DNA of 64,000 bases, taken from positions 303,417 through 367,416 of the forward strand of contig OY970290.1 of the NCBI GenBank assembly GCA_963716205.1, given 5' to 3'. The translations under genes and the position numbers were made by a program. The stretch is from an uncultured bacterium. Its GTDB lineage: Bacteria > Patescibacteriota > Minisyncoccia > Phycocordibacterales > GWA1-40-21. Below, piece by piece: positions 51,994 to 61,496 of the stretch (the first letter of the stretch is position 1; every line of letters begins with the position of its first letter). The notes below the pieces were generated by a model. The model was not told where the DNA came from, did no database searches, and worked only from the letters and a program-made list of their open reading frames with translations.

Positions 51994-52066
51994 CGCACTC
52001 ATGACTTATGGTCGTGAGTGCGTTTTATTTTTTAGTTAAAAAGCCTGACCGTAATAGTCAGGCTTT
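51994..52066. terminator. Two hairpins between convergent small genes
   Basis: cgcactcatgac-ttatg-gtcgtgagtgcg+T-run and aaagcctgac-cgtaata-gtcaggcttt. Confidence 0.65.
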
Positions 52067-52084
52067 AGTGAGAAACAAGAGTGA

Positions 52085-52318
52085 TTATAAAGTACCGGTA
52101 ACGGGTTGGGTGATTGTGCCGGTTTTAGCAACGATCTCGTCGCCGTTTTTGAGGACAAGCTGCGAGCCGAGCCGAGCACCATCCATTGTCTTTGCCGTCC
52201 AAACCTTTCCTACCGGAGTTTTATTTATTCCGGAAGTCAGGTCTTCGGTCTTCACCAACTGGAAATTTCCTCCAGTCATCCTCAGCTCAAAGACAGAATC
52301 TCTCGTCACTATTTTCAT
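52085..52318 (-). CDS. Small hypothetical protein
   Basis: Strong SD aaggagg before ATG; upstream TTGACA...TATAGA promoter-like sequence. Confidence 0.6.
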   Translation of the reverse strand: MKIVTRDSVFELRMTGGNFQLVKTEDLTSGINKTPVGKVWTAKTMDGARLGSQLVLKNGDEIVAKTGTITQPVTGTL

Positions 52319-52389
52319 AGTTTCCTCCTTTGTTTTGACTGCCCATGGTAAATCTATACATAATGCAATACCTTGTCAATTCATTTAAA

Positions 52390-53634
52390 TTATAAAAACA
52401 ACAAATCTCGATCAAGATCATCCGAATCCGTTCCCTTCTCCTTGTGCCCCATAGCTTTGTGAGTAGAAGCCAGATAGACGACGTTTTTTCCAAATTTCTC
52501 CTCAAGAGAATCGATACGCTCGTGAATCAGTTTGAATTTATCCGATTGATTGCTGTTGCCGAACAGGTCTTTCTGCGAGACGGAATCGGGAATGAGATCC
52601 TCGAGGATCACTCCCGTCGTGCGATATGGAACACCTTTTGTATGTACTGTCTTGAAGCGTTCTCGAATCAAAGGAATGAGTATTTCAGGAGAATTTGTCG
52701 GTGAAGGAAGCATGACAGAGCAAGTTGAATACTTGAAACCGCTTGTTTTGAGGAAGAATGAAAATTTCTTGGCGGCAAGTTTATAATGTCTTGCCTTTCT
52801 ACAGGCTTCCTCCGCATGCTTGGAGAGTTGAGAAAGAAGAAACTCCATGTCGTTTGTTGCTGGGTGGAATGTTCTTGTTTTTTGAATGGATGAATAGCTA
52901 GTCTTCGGATTCGAATCTATTTCCATGACGGAAACCCCGTTGAGTTCCTGCCACATGGTTTCATACGGTTTGGAAAGATTCTCCCTGATCCAATCAATAT
53001 TCTTTTGCGCCAGATTGAGTGCGGTATAAATCTTCTTGTTTTTTAGATACTCCGCTGTCTTTGGTCCTATGCCCCATATCTTTTCAATGGGAGTTTTTGT
53101 GAGGAAGTCGGATATCGTTTCTTTTTCAATCACGGTCAATCCATTCGGTTTGACCCACTTTGAGGCAACCTTGGCAAGAACTTTGGTTGGTGCAAGCCCG
53201 ACTGAAATGGAAAGTCCCAATTCGTCGGCAATTTCTTTCTTGATGCGCTGCGCTATTTCCTTGTATGTCATTTTGAGCGGCTTATCAAGACCCGTCAGAT
53301 CGGCAAAGCACTCATCGATGCTGTATTCTTCAATGTCGTCTGCATATCTGCGAACGATATCAAACATCATGCCGGAATAGCGGACGTATGATTTATAATC
53401 CCCTGGCAGGATAATGACATTGGGGTAATCCCTCTTGATCCGAAAGATCGGCATGCCACGCCTGATACCAAGAGCTTTGGCTTCATACGAGAATGCGGAT
53501 GCGATTCCCCGCTCCTCGCCCGTGACAACGGGAAGGCCTTTGAGTTTCGGATTCTTCGCCATTTCCACGCCGACAAAGAATGCGTCTCCGTCCATGTGAA
53601 GAATGACTTTATTTTTTGGAATTTTGTTGGACAT
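52390..53634 (-). CDS. dinB: Y-family DNA polymerase IV (DinB/UmuC-like)
   Basis: LHMDGDAFF; SYEAKALG; YSIDECF; KPNG; IWGIG; C-terminal clamp-binding-like QKDLF. Confidence 0.92.
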   Translation of the reverse strand: MSNKIPKNKVILHMDGDAFFVGVEMAKNPKLKGLPVVTGEERGIASAFSYEAKALGIRRGMPIFRIKRDYPNVIILPGDYKSYVRYSGMMFDIVRRYADDIEEYSIDECFADLTGLDKPLKMTYKEIAQRIKKEIADELGLSISVGLAPTKVLAKVASKWVKPNGLTVIEKETISDFLTKTPIEKIWGIGPKTAEYLKNKKIYTALNLAQKNIDWIRENLSKPYETMWQELNGVSVMEIDSNPKTSYSSIQKTRTFHPATNDMEFLLSQLSKHAEEACRKARHYKLAAKKFSFFLKTSGFKYSTCSVMLPSPTNSPEILIPLIRERFKTVHTKGVPYRTTGVILEDLIPDSVSQKDLFGNSNQSDKFKLIHERIDSLEEKFGKNVVYLASTHKAMGHKEKGTDSDDLDRDLLFL

Positions 53635-53691
53635 AGATAAGATAGCTTTTCAGCTTCTTAACTATATCCCTCGAAATGTTTTTGTCATCTA

Positions 53692-54021
53692 TTAACGCTT
53701 ACGAAATCCCGTCTTGTTCAGAGTAATTCTAACCAAAATAAAACAAGTCACGTAGAGCATGAATGTGAACAAGTCAAAACAGTTGTTCGCAAATATGTCC
53801 GGACCGAAAATCAATCCGACAAGAAGAAGGGTTCCGAAATACAAAAAATTGTACAGAAGGCTTCCGAACATTCCCCATCGTCCAATCAGGGCGAGAAGTA
53901 TGGATATCGCAAACAGAATAACGAGCGTGATGACGATGGCGATCCAATGCGCTTTCAGCATCGAAATTAAAATTGACCAAAATAAACGCACATCGTGCAA
54001 CTCAGCGTTATTAAACGCTTG
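53692..54021 (-). CDS. Multi-TM membrane protein, probably 5'-truncated
   Basis: Hydrophobic helices with GRWG..GSLLYNFLYFG; annotated N-terminus is only the antisense of the methylase frame; first own ATG at 53961. Confidence 0.55.
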   Translation of the reverse strand, partial: QAFNNAELHDVRLFWSILISMLKAHWIAIVITLVILFAISILLALIGRWGMFGSLLYNFLYFGTLLLVGLIFGPDIFANNCFDLFTFMLYVTCFILVRITLNKTGFRKR

Positions 54022-54022
54022 A

Positions 54023-54868
54023 ACGGTTGATGATGAACTCAAAAAAGTAACGGAGACAAACGTCAAAACCGGAAATATTTATCAATTGGGAAAACATCAT
54101 TTAATCTGTGGAAGCGCTCTCGATCCAAAAATCGTGGAAAAGCTCATGGATGGCGCAAAGGCGGATTTAATTGATGATGATGTCCCATTCAATATTCGGC
54201 TTCCGTACGATAAATATGGCGGAACATATGAAGATGACAAGACAGACGAAGAATATGAGACGTTTGTGAAGACAATCATGCAGAACGCCCTATCGGTGGC
54301 CAAGAATGATGCACATATCGTTTTTTGGTGCGATGAGCGATACGTTTGGTTACTGGAAGTGCTTTATAAAAAATTCAGGATTGATTCAAAGAGGCTCCTT
54401 GTTTGGTGTAAAAACAATTCGTCGCCGACTCCGAGTTGCGCCTTCAACAAAGTGACGGAGTTTGCAGTGTACGGAACTATAGGAACTCCATTTCTTGCCC
54501 AAAATATCACTAATCTGAATCAAATTCAGAATCACGAGATGACGACCGGCAACAGCTTGCACGATGAGATCATGGATTTCTTCAATATCATGCTCACCAA
54601 AAGGTTACCGAGCAACAAATACGAACATTCGGCACAAAAAGATCCGTCCATCCACTACAAAGTTCTGAAAAGATGCACACGGGTCGGAGACGTTGTTTTG
54701 GATCTCACGGCGGGCACGGGAAGTCTCTTGATAGCATGCGAACAATTAAAGAGAATCGCCTACGTATGCGAACTTGATCCAAAGTTCTGCCAGCTCATCA
54801 TCAATCATTACGAAGCGCTTACGGGCGATAAGGCTAAACTGATCCACTCCGATGAAACAACGAATTAA
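54023..54868 (+). pseudogene. 5'-truncated N4/N6 DNA methyltransferase (phage/ParB-associated type)
   Basis: GNIYQLGKHHLICG; degenerate catalytic DVPFN in place of DPPY; H.AQK; DLTAGTGS..IACEQ..R....ELDP; frame open from 54023 without a proper start. Confidence 0.65.
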
Positions 54869-55463
54869 AGCCCCGTTTCTCGAGGAATTGAGAAAAATTC
54901 CTATCATCAAGATGACTACTGATAAATTGGGTATATCGAGGAACACAATCTATCGCTGGATGAAGCTAAACAAGAAATTCAAAGATGATGTTCATGAGGC
55001 GCTCATGGAAGGAGAAAAAAATCTCAATGAAATGGTTGAGTCAATGCTCGTGAAAAAGGCGCTCAACGAGGAGGACCTGCGTGCAATAATGTTTTATCTC
55101 ACTCGCAGGCATCCAAAATACAAGCAAAGCATTGAAAATTCCAAACAAATTTCCGAAACAGAAAGCTCACTCGACATTGCGGAGAGAAATATCCGATCAC
55201 TGCTCAAACGGGGAGACAAAGACATCACCAAGTTTGTCTTGGAAAGATCAAAACCTGATGTGTACAGAAAAATACCTGCAGATGAATTGCGAGAGAATCA
55301 AGCGGAAGCAGAGCGATTGAGAGAACTTGAAAGAATCAGTAAAACGACCGAACCATGGGACAGTCTGAAACAGCATTCAAAAAAGTACATACTGATGATG
55401 AGAGAAGCTGAAAAGAAAATCCGAGAAGAAAAATCGGACACCGAAGAAATAGATAAAAAATAA
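54852..55463 (+). CDS. HTH protein resembling phage terminase small subunit/phBC6A51-type proteins
   Basis: LEELRKIPII....KLGISRNTIYRW..F; AIMFYL. Confidence 0.6.
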   Translation: MKQRIKAPFLEELRKIPIIKMTTDKLGISRNTIYRWMKLNKKFKDDVHEALMEGEKNLNEMVESMLVKKALNEEDLRAIMFYLTRRHPKYKQSIENSKQISETESSLDIAERNIRSLLKRGDKDITKFVLERSKPDVYRKIPADELRENQAEAERLRELERISKTTEPWDSLKQHSKKYILMMREAEKKIREEKSDTEEIDKK

Positions 55464-56240
55464 TTATTCGAGAATGGCATTTAATATATCCATTCTTGCT
55501 TGTACGTTTGGCATGTCAGCATCTACAGTTTTTACTCCCCCATTCATCAGTTCTCTGAGATAAAGTGAAACCGAAAATATACCGAGTGTTTTAAACGGTG
55601 TTTGTATGTTTTCATTGTGCAAATCTGAAACGGAAATATGGGAAAAAGGTTTAAGGTTATTGTCTTTTGATATCGGCATCCAATAGATGATGACGGGTTC
55701 TGCAATGACATTTTCATATGATTTGGGTTTTTTCATTTCAACCAATACTTTAGTCACATTGTTGGGAAATGTTTTATCGGAGAAAGATTTCAATTGCTGT
55801 TGCCAATAATATTCCGCAACTTTAATCGTCTCGTCTCTATCAATTGTTAATTTTTGACCAAAAGAATTGTAAGCTCCTATTTTTGGGCAAGGCTTACCAG
55901 ACCAAGAATACCTATTTTCTCTTTCGATATTAGGTGCACCAAAAATACTCAAAAATTCATCTCGAGTTAGTATTTTATCTTTTCCTTTCCATATGCCGTA
56001 TTTAGGCGACCAATCACCAAAAGTTGTCTTACCTGTAGTATGGTTTTTCATTTCAAAACCATCTATATCAGGTGTATTACTTGCATTATGAGCAACACCC
56101 ATTTGTGTTTCAAGCCAATGACCACCCCTACCATCATGTCCTTGATTGGAAGTTGATGTATTAGGAACTCTACCTTTTACATTCTTCAGAAAAAGATTAA
56201 TGATCTTTTCTTTTATTTTTTTAGTTTCTGTTGCAGTCAT
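55464..56240 (-). CDS. LlaMI-family restriction endonuclease-like protein, apparently chimeric C-terminus
   Basis: NVKG; HDG.GGHWLE.QMG; PDIDGFEMK (PD-ExK); KTTFGDW; RYSWSG.P.PK. Confidence 0.65.
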   Translation of the reverse strand: MTATETKKIKEKIINLFLKNVKGRVPNTSTSNQGHDGRGGHWLETQMGVAHNASNTPDIDGFEMKNHTTGKTTFGDWSPKYGIWKGKDKILTRDEFLSIFGAPNIERENRYSWSGKPCPKIGAYNSFGQKLTIDRDETIKVAEYYWQQQLKSFSDKTFPNNVTKVLVEMKKPKSYENVIAEPVIIYWMPISKDNNLKPFSHISVSDLHNENIQTPFKTLGIFSVSLYLRELMNGGVKTVDADMPNVQARMDILNAILE

Positions 56241-56308
56241 TCCGCTATATTAGCAAAAAAGAACATTAAAGGCGATATTTAATGCGACTTGATTACTGCT
56301 CAACTCGG

Positions 56309-56379
56309 CTGGGGGACTAGGAATCGGACCTAGATTAAAAGCTTCAAAGGCTTCTGTCCTACCGTTAGACGATCCCCCA
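56309..56379 (-). tRNA. tRNA-Gln (TTG)
   Basis: Acceptor TGGGGGA/TCCCCCA, anticodon arm GAAGC-CTTTGAA-GCTTT, T arm CTAGG-TCCGATT-CCTAG; CCA not encoded. Confidence 0.9.
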
Positions 56380-56466
56380 ATATCAAACAAACCAAGAATA
56401 CGTGAAAAAGCTTTATTTTTCAAGTTTAGATAAATGATTTTGCTTTTTTAGTGTTCCCGTATTAGA

Positions 56467-56883
56467 ATGAAAGCAATTATGGACTTACCCGAACATACAA
56501 AAAATTTTGTTGATACAGGAACAAAGATTGATCAAAAAATTGAAGAAGTAAAAGAGAAATTGGACGAATGCGATTCTGTCATTAAAAAAGAATTTATAAT
56601 GCTTAGGGCAACTTCCGTAGAAAATAAAAAATGGTTGGCAAAAATTACAGACAATGTGTTCGGAAAAATAATATATCGTCTCAAGGAAAAATTAGAATTA
56701 TATACGTTGTCCGAGATTGAACAATATGAAAAAGCGGCTTTCACAAGAGATTGTATTGCTATTTTGGAAAATTTATTTGTTAAAGTGCATGAAGCGGATG
56801 AGGTGCCAAAAGGATCACTCGAAAAATTCCATAGTGCCATATCAAAATATTATGAGAAGCTCGGCGAAACTAATTTTTTGTAA
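56467..56883 (+). CDS. Hypothetical helical protein
   Basis: 138-aa ORF filling the gap between tRNA-Gln and dnaX; no motif recognised. Confidence 0.55.
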   Translation: MKAIMDLPEHTKNFVDTGTKIDQKIEEVKEKLDECDSVIKKEFIMLRATSVENKKWLAKITDNVFGKIIYRLKEKLELYTLSEIEQYEKAAFTRDCIAILENLFVKVHEADEVPKGSLEKFHSAISKYYEKLGETNFL

Positions 56884-57901
56884 GTTTTATCAATACTAGC
56901 TCAAGCGGCAATTCACTGATATAAGCTTGCGCAACCATGTCGTAATAAGACAAAAGCGTCAGAAGCGTTTCAGAATTTATTTTTGAAGGTTTTTTCTCGG
57001 CAATTTCTTTCAGGAATTTGAAATCTGTATCAGTCATTTCCTCAGCAAGCTTTTCAGCTGAGCTTTTCAGATTTCTCAAAAGCAATATTGCGCGCATTTT
57101 GTGCAGAATCAATTTGAAATATAAAAGCATATCGATATTTGTGTCACTCGCCTTCCCTATTGCGGAAAGCCCGAGCTCCAAATTTCCTTCATCAATTGAT
57201 CGGATAAAATCATTTACAATCTGCGACTTTGGCGCGCCAGTCACCAACTCGACTTCTTCTAAAGTGATTTTATTATCCTTTGACGCACTAATGACTTTTT
57301 GCAGTATGCTTTGTGCATCGCGGAATGATCCGTCGCCAAGAAGTGCGATGAGCTCGCATGAGACGCTGTCTATCGTGAACTTTTCTTTTTTTGCGATGGC
57401 GGAAATAACTTCCTTCAAAACTTTCTGTGTCGCTTTTTTGAAAGCAAATGTCTGGCATCTGGAAACGATTGTTTCCGGAATTTTATTGAATTCTGTCGTG
57501 GCAAAAATAAAAATGACGTGTTTTGGCGGTTCTTCGATTGTTTTGAGAAGCGCGTTCCATGCCTGCTTGGAAAGCATATGGGCTTCATCGAGAATATACA
57601 CTTTATATTTTGATTCAAACGGAAGCGTGCTGACGGATTCATTAAGTGCACGGATATCATCCACGCCGGTGTTTGATGCGGCATCTATCTCGACGATATC
57701 GTTTGGGCTTGTGCCAATCTCTTTTGCAAAAATTCTGGCTATAGTCGTCTTGCCTGTTCCGCGAGAACCGGAAAAAATATATGCGTGGGCAATATTGCCG
57801 AGCTTGATCGATGACTCAAGAACTTTAACAATATTTTCCTGACCAAATACTTCGTTAAAATTTTTTGGGCGATATTTCCTATATAAAGCGGTTTCTGACA
57901 T
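56870..57901 (-). CDS. dnaX: DNA polymerase III subunit gamma/tau
   Basis: ALYRKYRP; GSRGTGKTT; EIDAAS; ILDEAHML; KTIEEPP; SRC; start MSETALY at 57901. Confidence 0.96.
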   Translation of the reverse strand: MSETALYRKYRPKNFNEVFGQENIVKVLESSIKLGNIAHAYIFSGSRGTGKTTIARIFAKEIGTSPNDIVEIDAASNTGVDDIRALNESVSTLPFESKYKVYILDEAHMLSKQAWNALLKTIEEPPKHVIFIFATTEFNKIPETIVSRCQTFAFKKATQKVLKEVISAIAKKEKFTIDSVSCELIALLGDGSFRDAQSILQKVISASKDNKITLEEVELVTGAPKSQIVNDFIRSIDEGNLELGLSAIGKASDTNIDMLLYFKLILHKMRAILLLRNLKSSAEKLAEEMTDTDFKFLKEIAEKKPSKINSETLLTLLSYYDMVAQAYISELPLELVLIKLTKN

Positions 57902-57936
57902 AAGTTGATTATAACACGCGCAAAAATTGAGACAAT

Positions 57937-57971
57937 AAAAAAGCCGACCAGTCACATGAAAGGTCGGCTTT
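57937..57971 (-). terminator. Intrinsic terminator upstream of dnaX
   Basis: Minus strand aaagccgacc-tttcatgtgact-ggtcggcttttt. Confidence 0.65.
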
Positions 57972-58594
57972 GCGGGGTCGCGTTTTGTTAGGACGCTCAC
58001 CCACCGCACTCAATTATTATTTACTTCACTTAAAGTACTGCTTTACCGGTCTTGCGACTGGTGGTGTTGGGTGGGTACGTTTTACGGTACTTGGTTCCAA
58101 CACGCTTTTATAATTTTCCAACAATTTTTTACTTTGTCGTCTAGGCCTAAAAGATTTCTTAGGAATAAATTCCTAAACGTTCAGGCTGCCAAGATTTACA
58201 AGGTCCTTTCTTAAGGTTTTTTTGGAGCCTTAAAAAGTTGCGTAGAGCCGGAAACATTCGGACAATGGGAGAATGGCTCTTAAGGCAACGGGTTTGATCT
58301 CTTCATCTGTGTCGGCGGAAAACTTCTTGCATTCAAAGAACTAAATTACTTAGTAGGACCTCGGATGTAGCGATGATTTTTCATCATGCTTTTCTCCTTC
58401 TTAATTTTTTAATGTATTCACCATCTGGGCGCCGCTGGATTAGCTCGAGATTCGACGCAAAAAGATGGATCGCATTTCGATAAGCACCTCTCCTACTTTA
58501 TTCCGGAAACTTTCCGGTTTTGATATGGTAACACATCAAAATTTATTGTCAACTATCTTTCTTGTTTTATTTTTTTAACTCTCAAAATAAGGCT

Positions 58595-59584
58595 CTATTT
58601 AATAGTTTTTAGGAAATGAGTAATTATTTTGATTACTTCCTTTGCATTATTGGTCTGCATGAGCTCATTTCTCAATTCTTTTGCACCGTCAAAGCCGCTG
58701 ACATACGCTTTAAAATGCTTTTTCATGATGGCAAAGTTGCGGTAGTCAACAAGCTTCTCAAAAAGTTTCGTATGCTCGACAAGCACTTTCAATTTTTCCT
58801 GTATTGTCGGAACTTTTTTTCTTTTTTCATCAAAAAGCCATGGGTTGCCAAAGATTCCGCGACCGATCATCACTCCGTCAAATCCGCTTTCTAGTGCCTT
58901 CTTTTTTCCATCGGCAAGTGTTTCAATATCGCCATTTGCAATCAGCACGACATTTTTATCAACTGCTCTGATGGTCTTTACAATATCGCGTGCAAATTCC
59001 CAGTGCGCTGGCACGAATGACATTTCTTTTTTGGTTCGCAGGTGAATTGTCAGCGCATCAATTCCATCTTTTAAAATTTCTGGCAACCAGCTTTTATATT
59101 CAAGTGAATTATAACCGAGGCGTGTTTTGACCGATATCGGCAATTTTGGCGCACCTTCTTTTGCCGCACGAATGATTTTCCGTGCAAGTGTTGGTGTACG
59201 AATAAGCGCAACTCCGCCACCTTGCTTTACCACATCTCTATCCGGACAACCCATATTGATATCAATACCATCAAAGCCGAGCTTAGAAATAATTTGACAT
59301 GCGATTTTTACTTTCTCTGGATTTGCCGAAAATATCTGTGCAATAATCGGTTTTTCTTTTTTATTGAATTTCAAAAGCCGCAAGACTTTTTCTCTTCCCG
59401 CCTCTGATGCAATGCCATCTGCCGAGACAAATTCCGTCCAAAAAACCGCTGGACCACCGCCAATTTTTCCGTGCCGGGAATATTTTGCAATAATCTGCCG
59501 GAATGCCGTGTCAGTAACATTGATCATTGGCGCGAGACAGAAAAAAACACCATTTTTTGCAATTTTTTGCCAGAAATTTTTCAT
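58595..59584 (-). CDS. dusB: tRNA-dihydrouridine synthase
   Basis: LAPMINVTD; TEFVS; IDINMGCP; SVKTRLG; ANGDI; GVMIGRG; Dus subfamily not certain. Confidence 0.88.
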   Translation of the reverse strand: MKNFWQKIAKNGVFFCLAPMINVTDTAFRQIIAKYSRHGKIGGGPAVFWTEFVSADGIASEAGREKVLRLLKFNKKEKPIIAQIFSANPEKVKIACQIISKLGFDGIDINMGCPDRDVVKQGGGVALIRTPTLARKIIRAAKEGAPKLPISVKTRLGYNSLEYKSWLPEILKDGIDALTIHLRTKKEMSFVPAHWEFARDIVKTIRAVDKNVVLIANGDIETLADGKKKALESGFDGVMIGRGIFGNPWLFDEKRKKVPTIQEKLKVLVEHTKLFEKLVDYRNFAIMKKHFKAYVSGFDGAKELRNELMQTNNAKEVIKIITHFLKTIK

Positions 59585-59646
59585 CACTTGCGATAATAGC
59601 ATTTTTTTATTTATAATGTTAGTCTGATAAAACATACGATATATAT

Positions 59647-60210
59647 ATGCCAAAGGAAAAAGTGAAAAAAACAAAAATTGTCCAGAAAAATGATCCCGTT
59701 TTACGGTCAATATCACTAGCGGTGCCGCAGGTAAAAATCAAAAGTCCGGAAATAAAATCCATTATTGCCGATATGAAAAAAACAATGGAGCCGCAGATAG
59801 ATGCAGTGGCTATCGCTGCCGTGCAGATCGGCAAGCCGATGCGAATTTTTGTCATTTCAAAACGGGCATTTGGGATTGTTGGCGGAGATATTGAAACAGT
59901 AAAAACAAAAGACGATATGGTTTTTATCAATCCGAAAATCATGAAAACTTCCAAGGCAAAGGAATATCTGGAAGAAGGATGTCTTTCCGTCCGTTATGTC
60001 TATGGCAAAGTTTTTCGGGCTGAAAAAGCGACCATTCAAGCGTGGGATGAGCATGGCAAAAAATTTACCAGAGGATTTTCCGGATTGCTCGCACAGATTG
60101 TCCAGCATGAGTGCGATCATCTTGACGGCACGCTTTTCATTGACAAAGCAAAAAATCTTCATGAGCTCTCGCATGAAGACTATGAAAAAAGCTTGAAATC
60201 ATTCGCGTAA
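59647..60210 (+). CDS. def: Peptide deformylase
   Basis: AIAAVQIG; EGCLS; QHECDHLDG. Confidence 0.96.
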   Translation: MPKEKVKKTKIVQKNDPVLRSISLAVPQVKIKSPEIKSIIADMKKTMEPQIDAVAIAAVQIGKPMRIFVISKRAFGIVGGDIETVKTKDDMVFINPKIMKTSKAKEYLEEGCLSVRYVYGKVFRAEKATIQAWDEHGKKFTRGFSGLLAQIVQHECDHLDGTLFIDKAKNLHELSHEDYEKSLKSFA

Positions 60211-60260
60211 TCTGATATAAAAGCTCAAGAATACGATCATTCAAACAAAGGGGGTTTTCC

Positions 60261-60569
60261 GTGCCAGATCCTTTTCTGATACAGATACAAGCTATCAATC
60301 AAAAAGATATAGAAAACATCAAGAAACTTTTGAGACTGTTTATAAATCTTTTTACTATCATAACAGTAAATGATTACATTCGTTTTCAAGAATCAATAGG
60401 ATCAGCGGCATATATAAAAATATATTCCGGGGGAAAAATAATATATCGGGAGGAAATCAAGTTTTATTTAAGCGAACTAGCAGAAATGATGGGATTACCT
60501 TTTACCGCAGACAGATTGTATGTAGAATGTATTAATCTTCCAAAAGCTCCAAATATAGACAGCGCCTGA
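60261..60569 (+). CDS. Hypothetical protein between def and fmt
   Basis: GTG start after aagggg SD-like; 102 aa, no motif. Confidence 0.45.
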   Translation: MPDPFLIQIQAINQKDIENIKKLLRLFINLFTIITVNDYIRFQESIGSAAYIKIYSGGKIIYREEIKFYLSELAEMMGLPFTADRLYVECINLPKAPNIDSA

Positions 60570-60627
60570 CCTTATTTTTTAAAGACAGGCGCTTTTCTTT
60601 TTGGAAATAATCCCGTATATTTACTGT

Positions 60628-61482
60628 ATGTTTAAAGATATCAAAATAGCTTTTTTTGGAAATTCGGAATTTTCTCTGATTGTCCTTGAAAATTTAAAAA
60701 AAATCGGCATAATACCAGATCTTATAGTAACAACTCCGGACAAGCCGGTTGGCAGAAAAATGACACTCACTCCGACCGAGACGAAAATTTGGGCTGAAAA
60801 CAATTCAATTGAATATATTGAAGCTGTGAAACTGAAAGATGAAAGTTTTTTGGAAAAAATGAAAAACTACAATCTTTTTCTTGTTGCTTCTTACGGAAAA
60901 ATAATCCCTAAAGTTCTCATTGATATTCCGAAATACAAAGTTTTAAATATTCATCCTTCCCTTTTGCCGAAATATCGCGGACCATCGCCCCTGCAAGAAC
61001 AGATTTTGCATGATGAAAAGCAAGTTGGGGTTTCAATCATGCTTATTGATGAAGGAGTGGATCATGGAGATATCGTGGCTCAAAAAAAAGTTGTCATTTC
61101 TGATTGGCCGGTCGGCTTTCACGTACTCGCAGAAATCCTCGGAAAAGCGGGTTCGGAACTTTTGACAGAAATTTTGCCAGATTGGATAAAAGGAAAAATA
61201 AAACCGGAGGAACAAAAACACACCGAAGCAACATTTACAAAAAAAATCGAGAAATCGGACGGATTGATAAATTTGTCAGTAGGTGGCTATACAAATTATT
61301 TGAAGATTCTTGCCTATGAAGATTGGCCGGGAACATATTTTGAAATTGAAAAAGCCGGCAAAAAAAAACGAGTCATTATCAAAAAAGTTTCTTTCAAAAA
61401 TGGTGTTTTGGAAATCCTTCGAATTCTGCCGGAAGGCAAAAAAGAAATGGATTATGAGGATTTTCTGCGAGGATTAAGATAA
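60628..61482 (+). CDS. fmt: Methionyl-tRNA formyltransferase
   Basis: VTTPDKPVGR; ASYGKII; NIHPSLLPKYRGPSP; DHGD. Confidence 0.95.
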   Translation: MFKDIKIAFFGNSEFSLIVLENLKKIGIIPDLIVTTPDKPVGRKMTLTPTETKIWAENNSIEYIEAVKLKDESFLEKMKNYNLFLVASYGKIIPKVLIDIPKYKVLNIHPSLLPKYRGPSPLQEQILHDEKQVGVSIMLIDEGVDHGDIVAQKKVVISDWPVGFHVLAEILGKAGSELLTEILPDWIKGKIKPEEQKHTEATFTKKIEKSDGLINLSVGGYTNYLKILAYEDWPGTYFEIEKAGKKKRVIIKKVSFKNGVLEILRILPEGKKEMDYEDFLRGLR

Positions 61483-61496
61483 AACTTTACTCAAAA

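Larger units (their letters stand above)
42291..56308. mobile_element. Putative genomic island downstream of tRNA-Gln 3' end
   Basis: Accessory and defence-type genes abutting a tRNA 3' end; decayed genes; no integrase or att repeat seen; left boundary uncertain. Confidence 0.5.
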
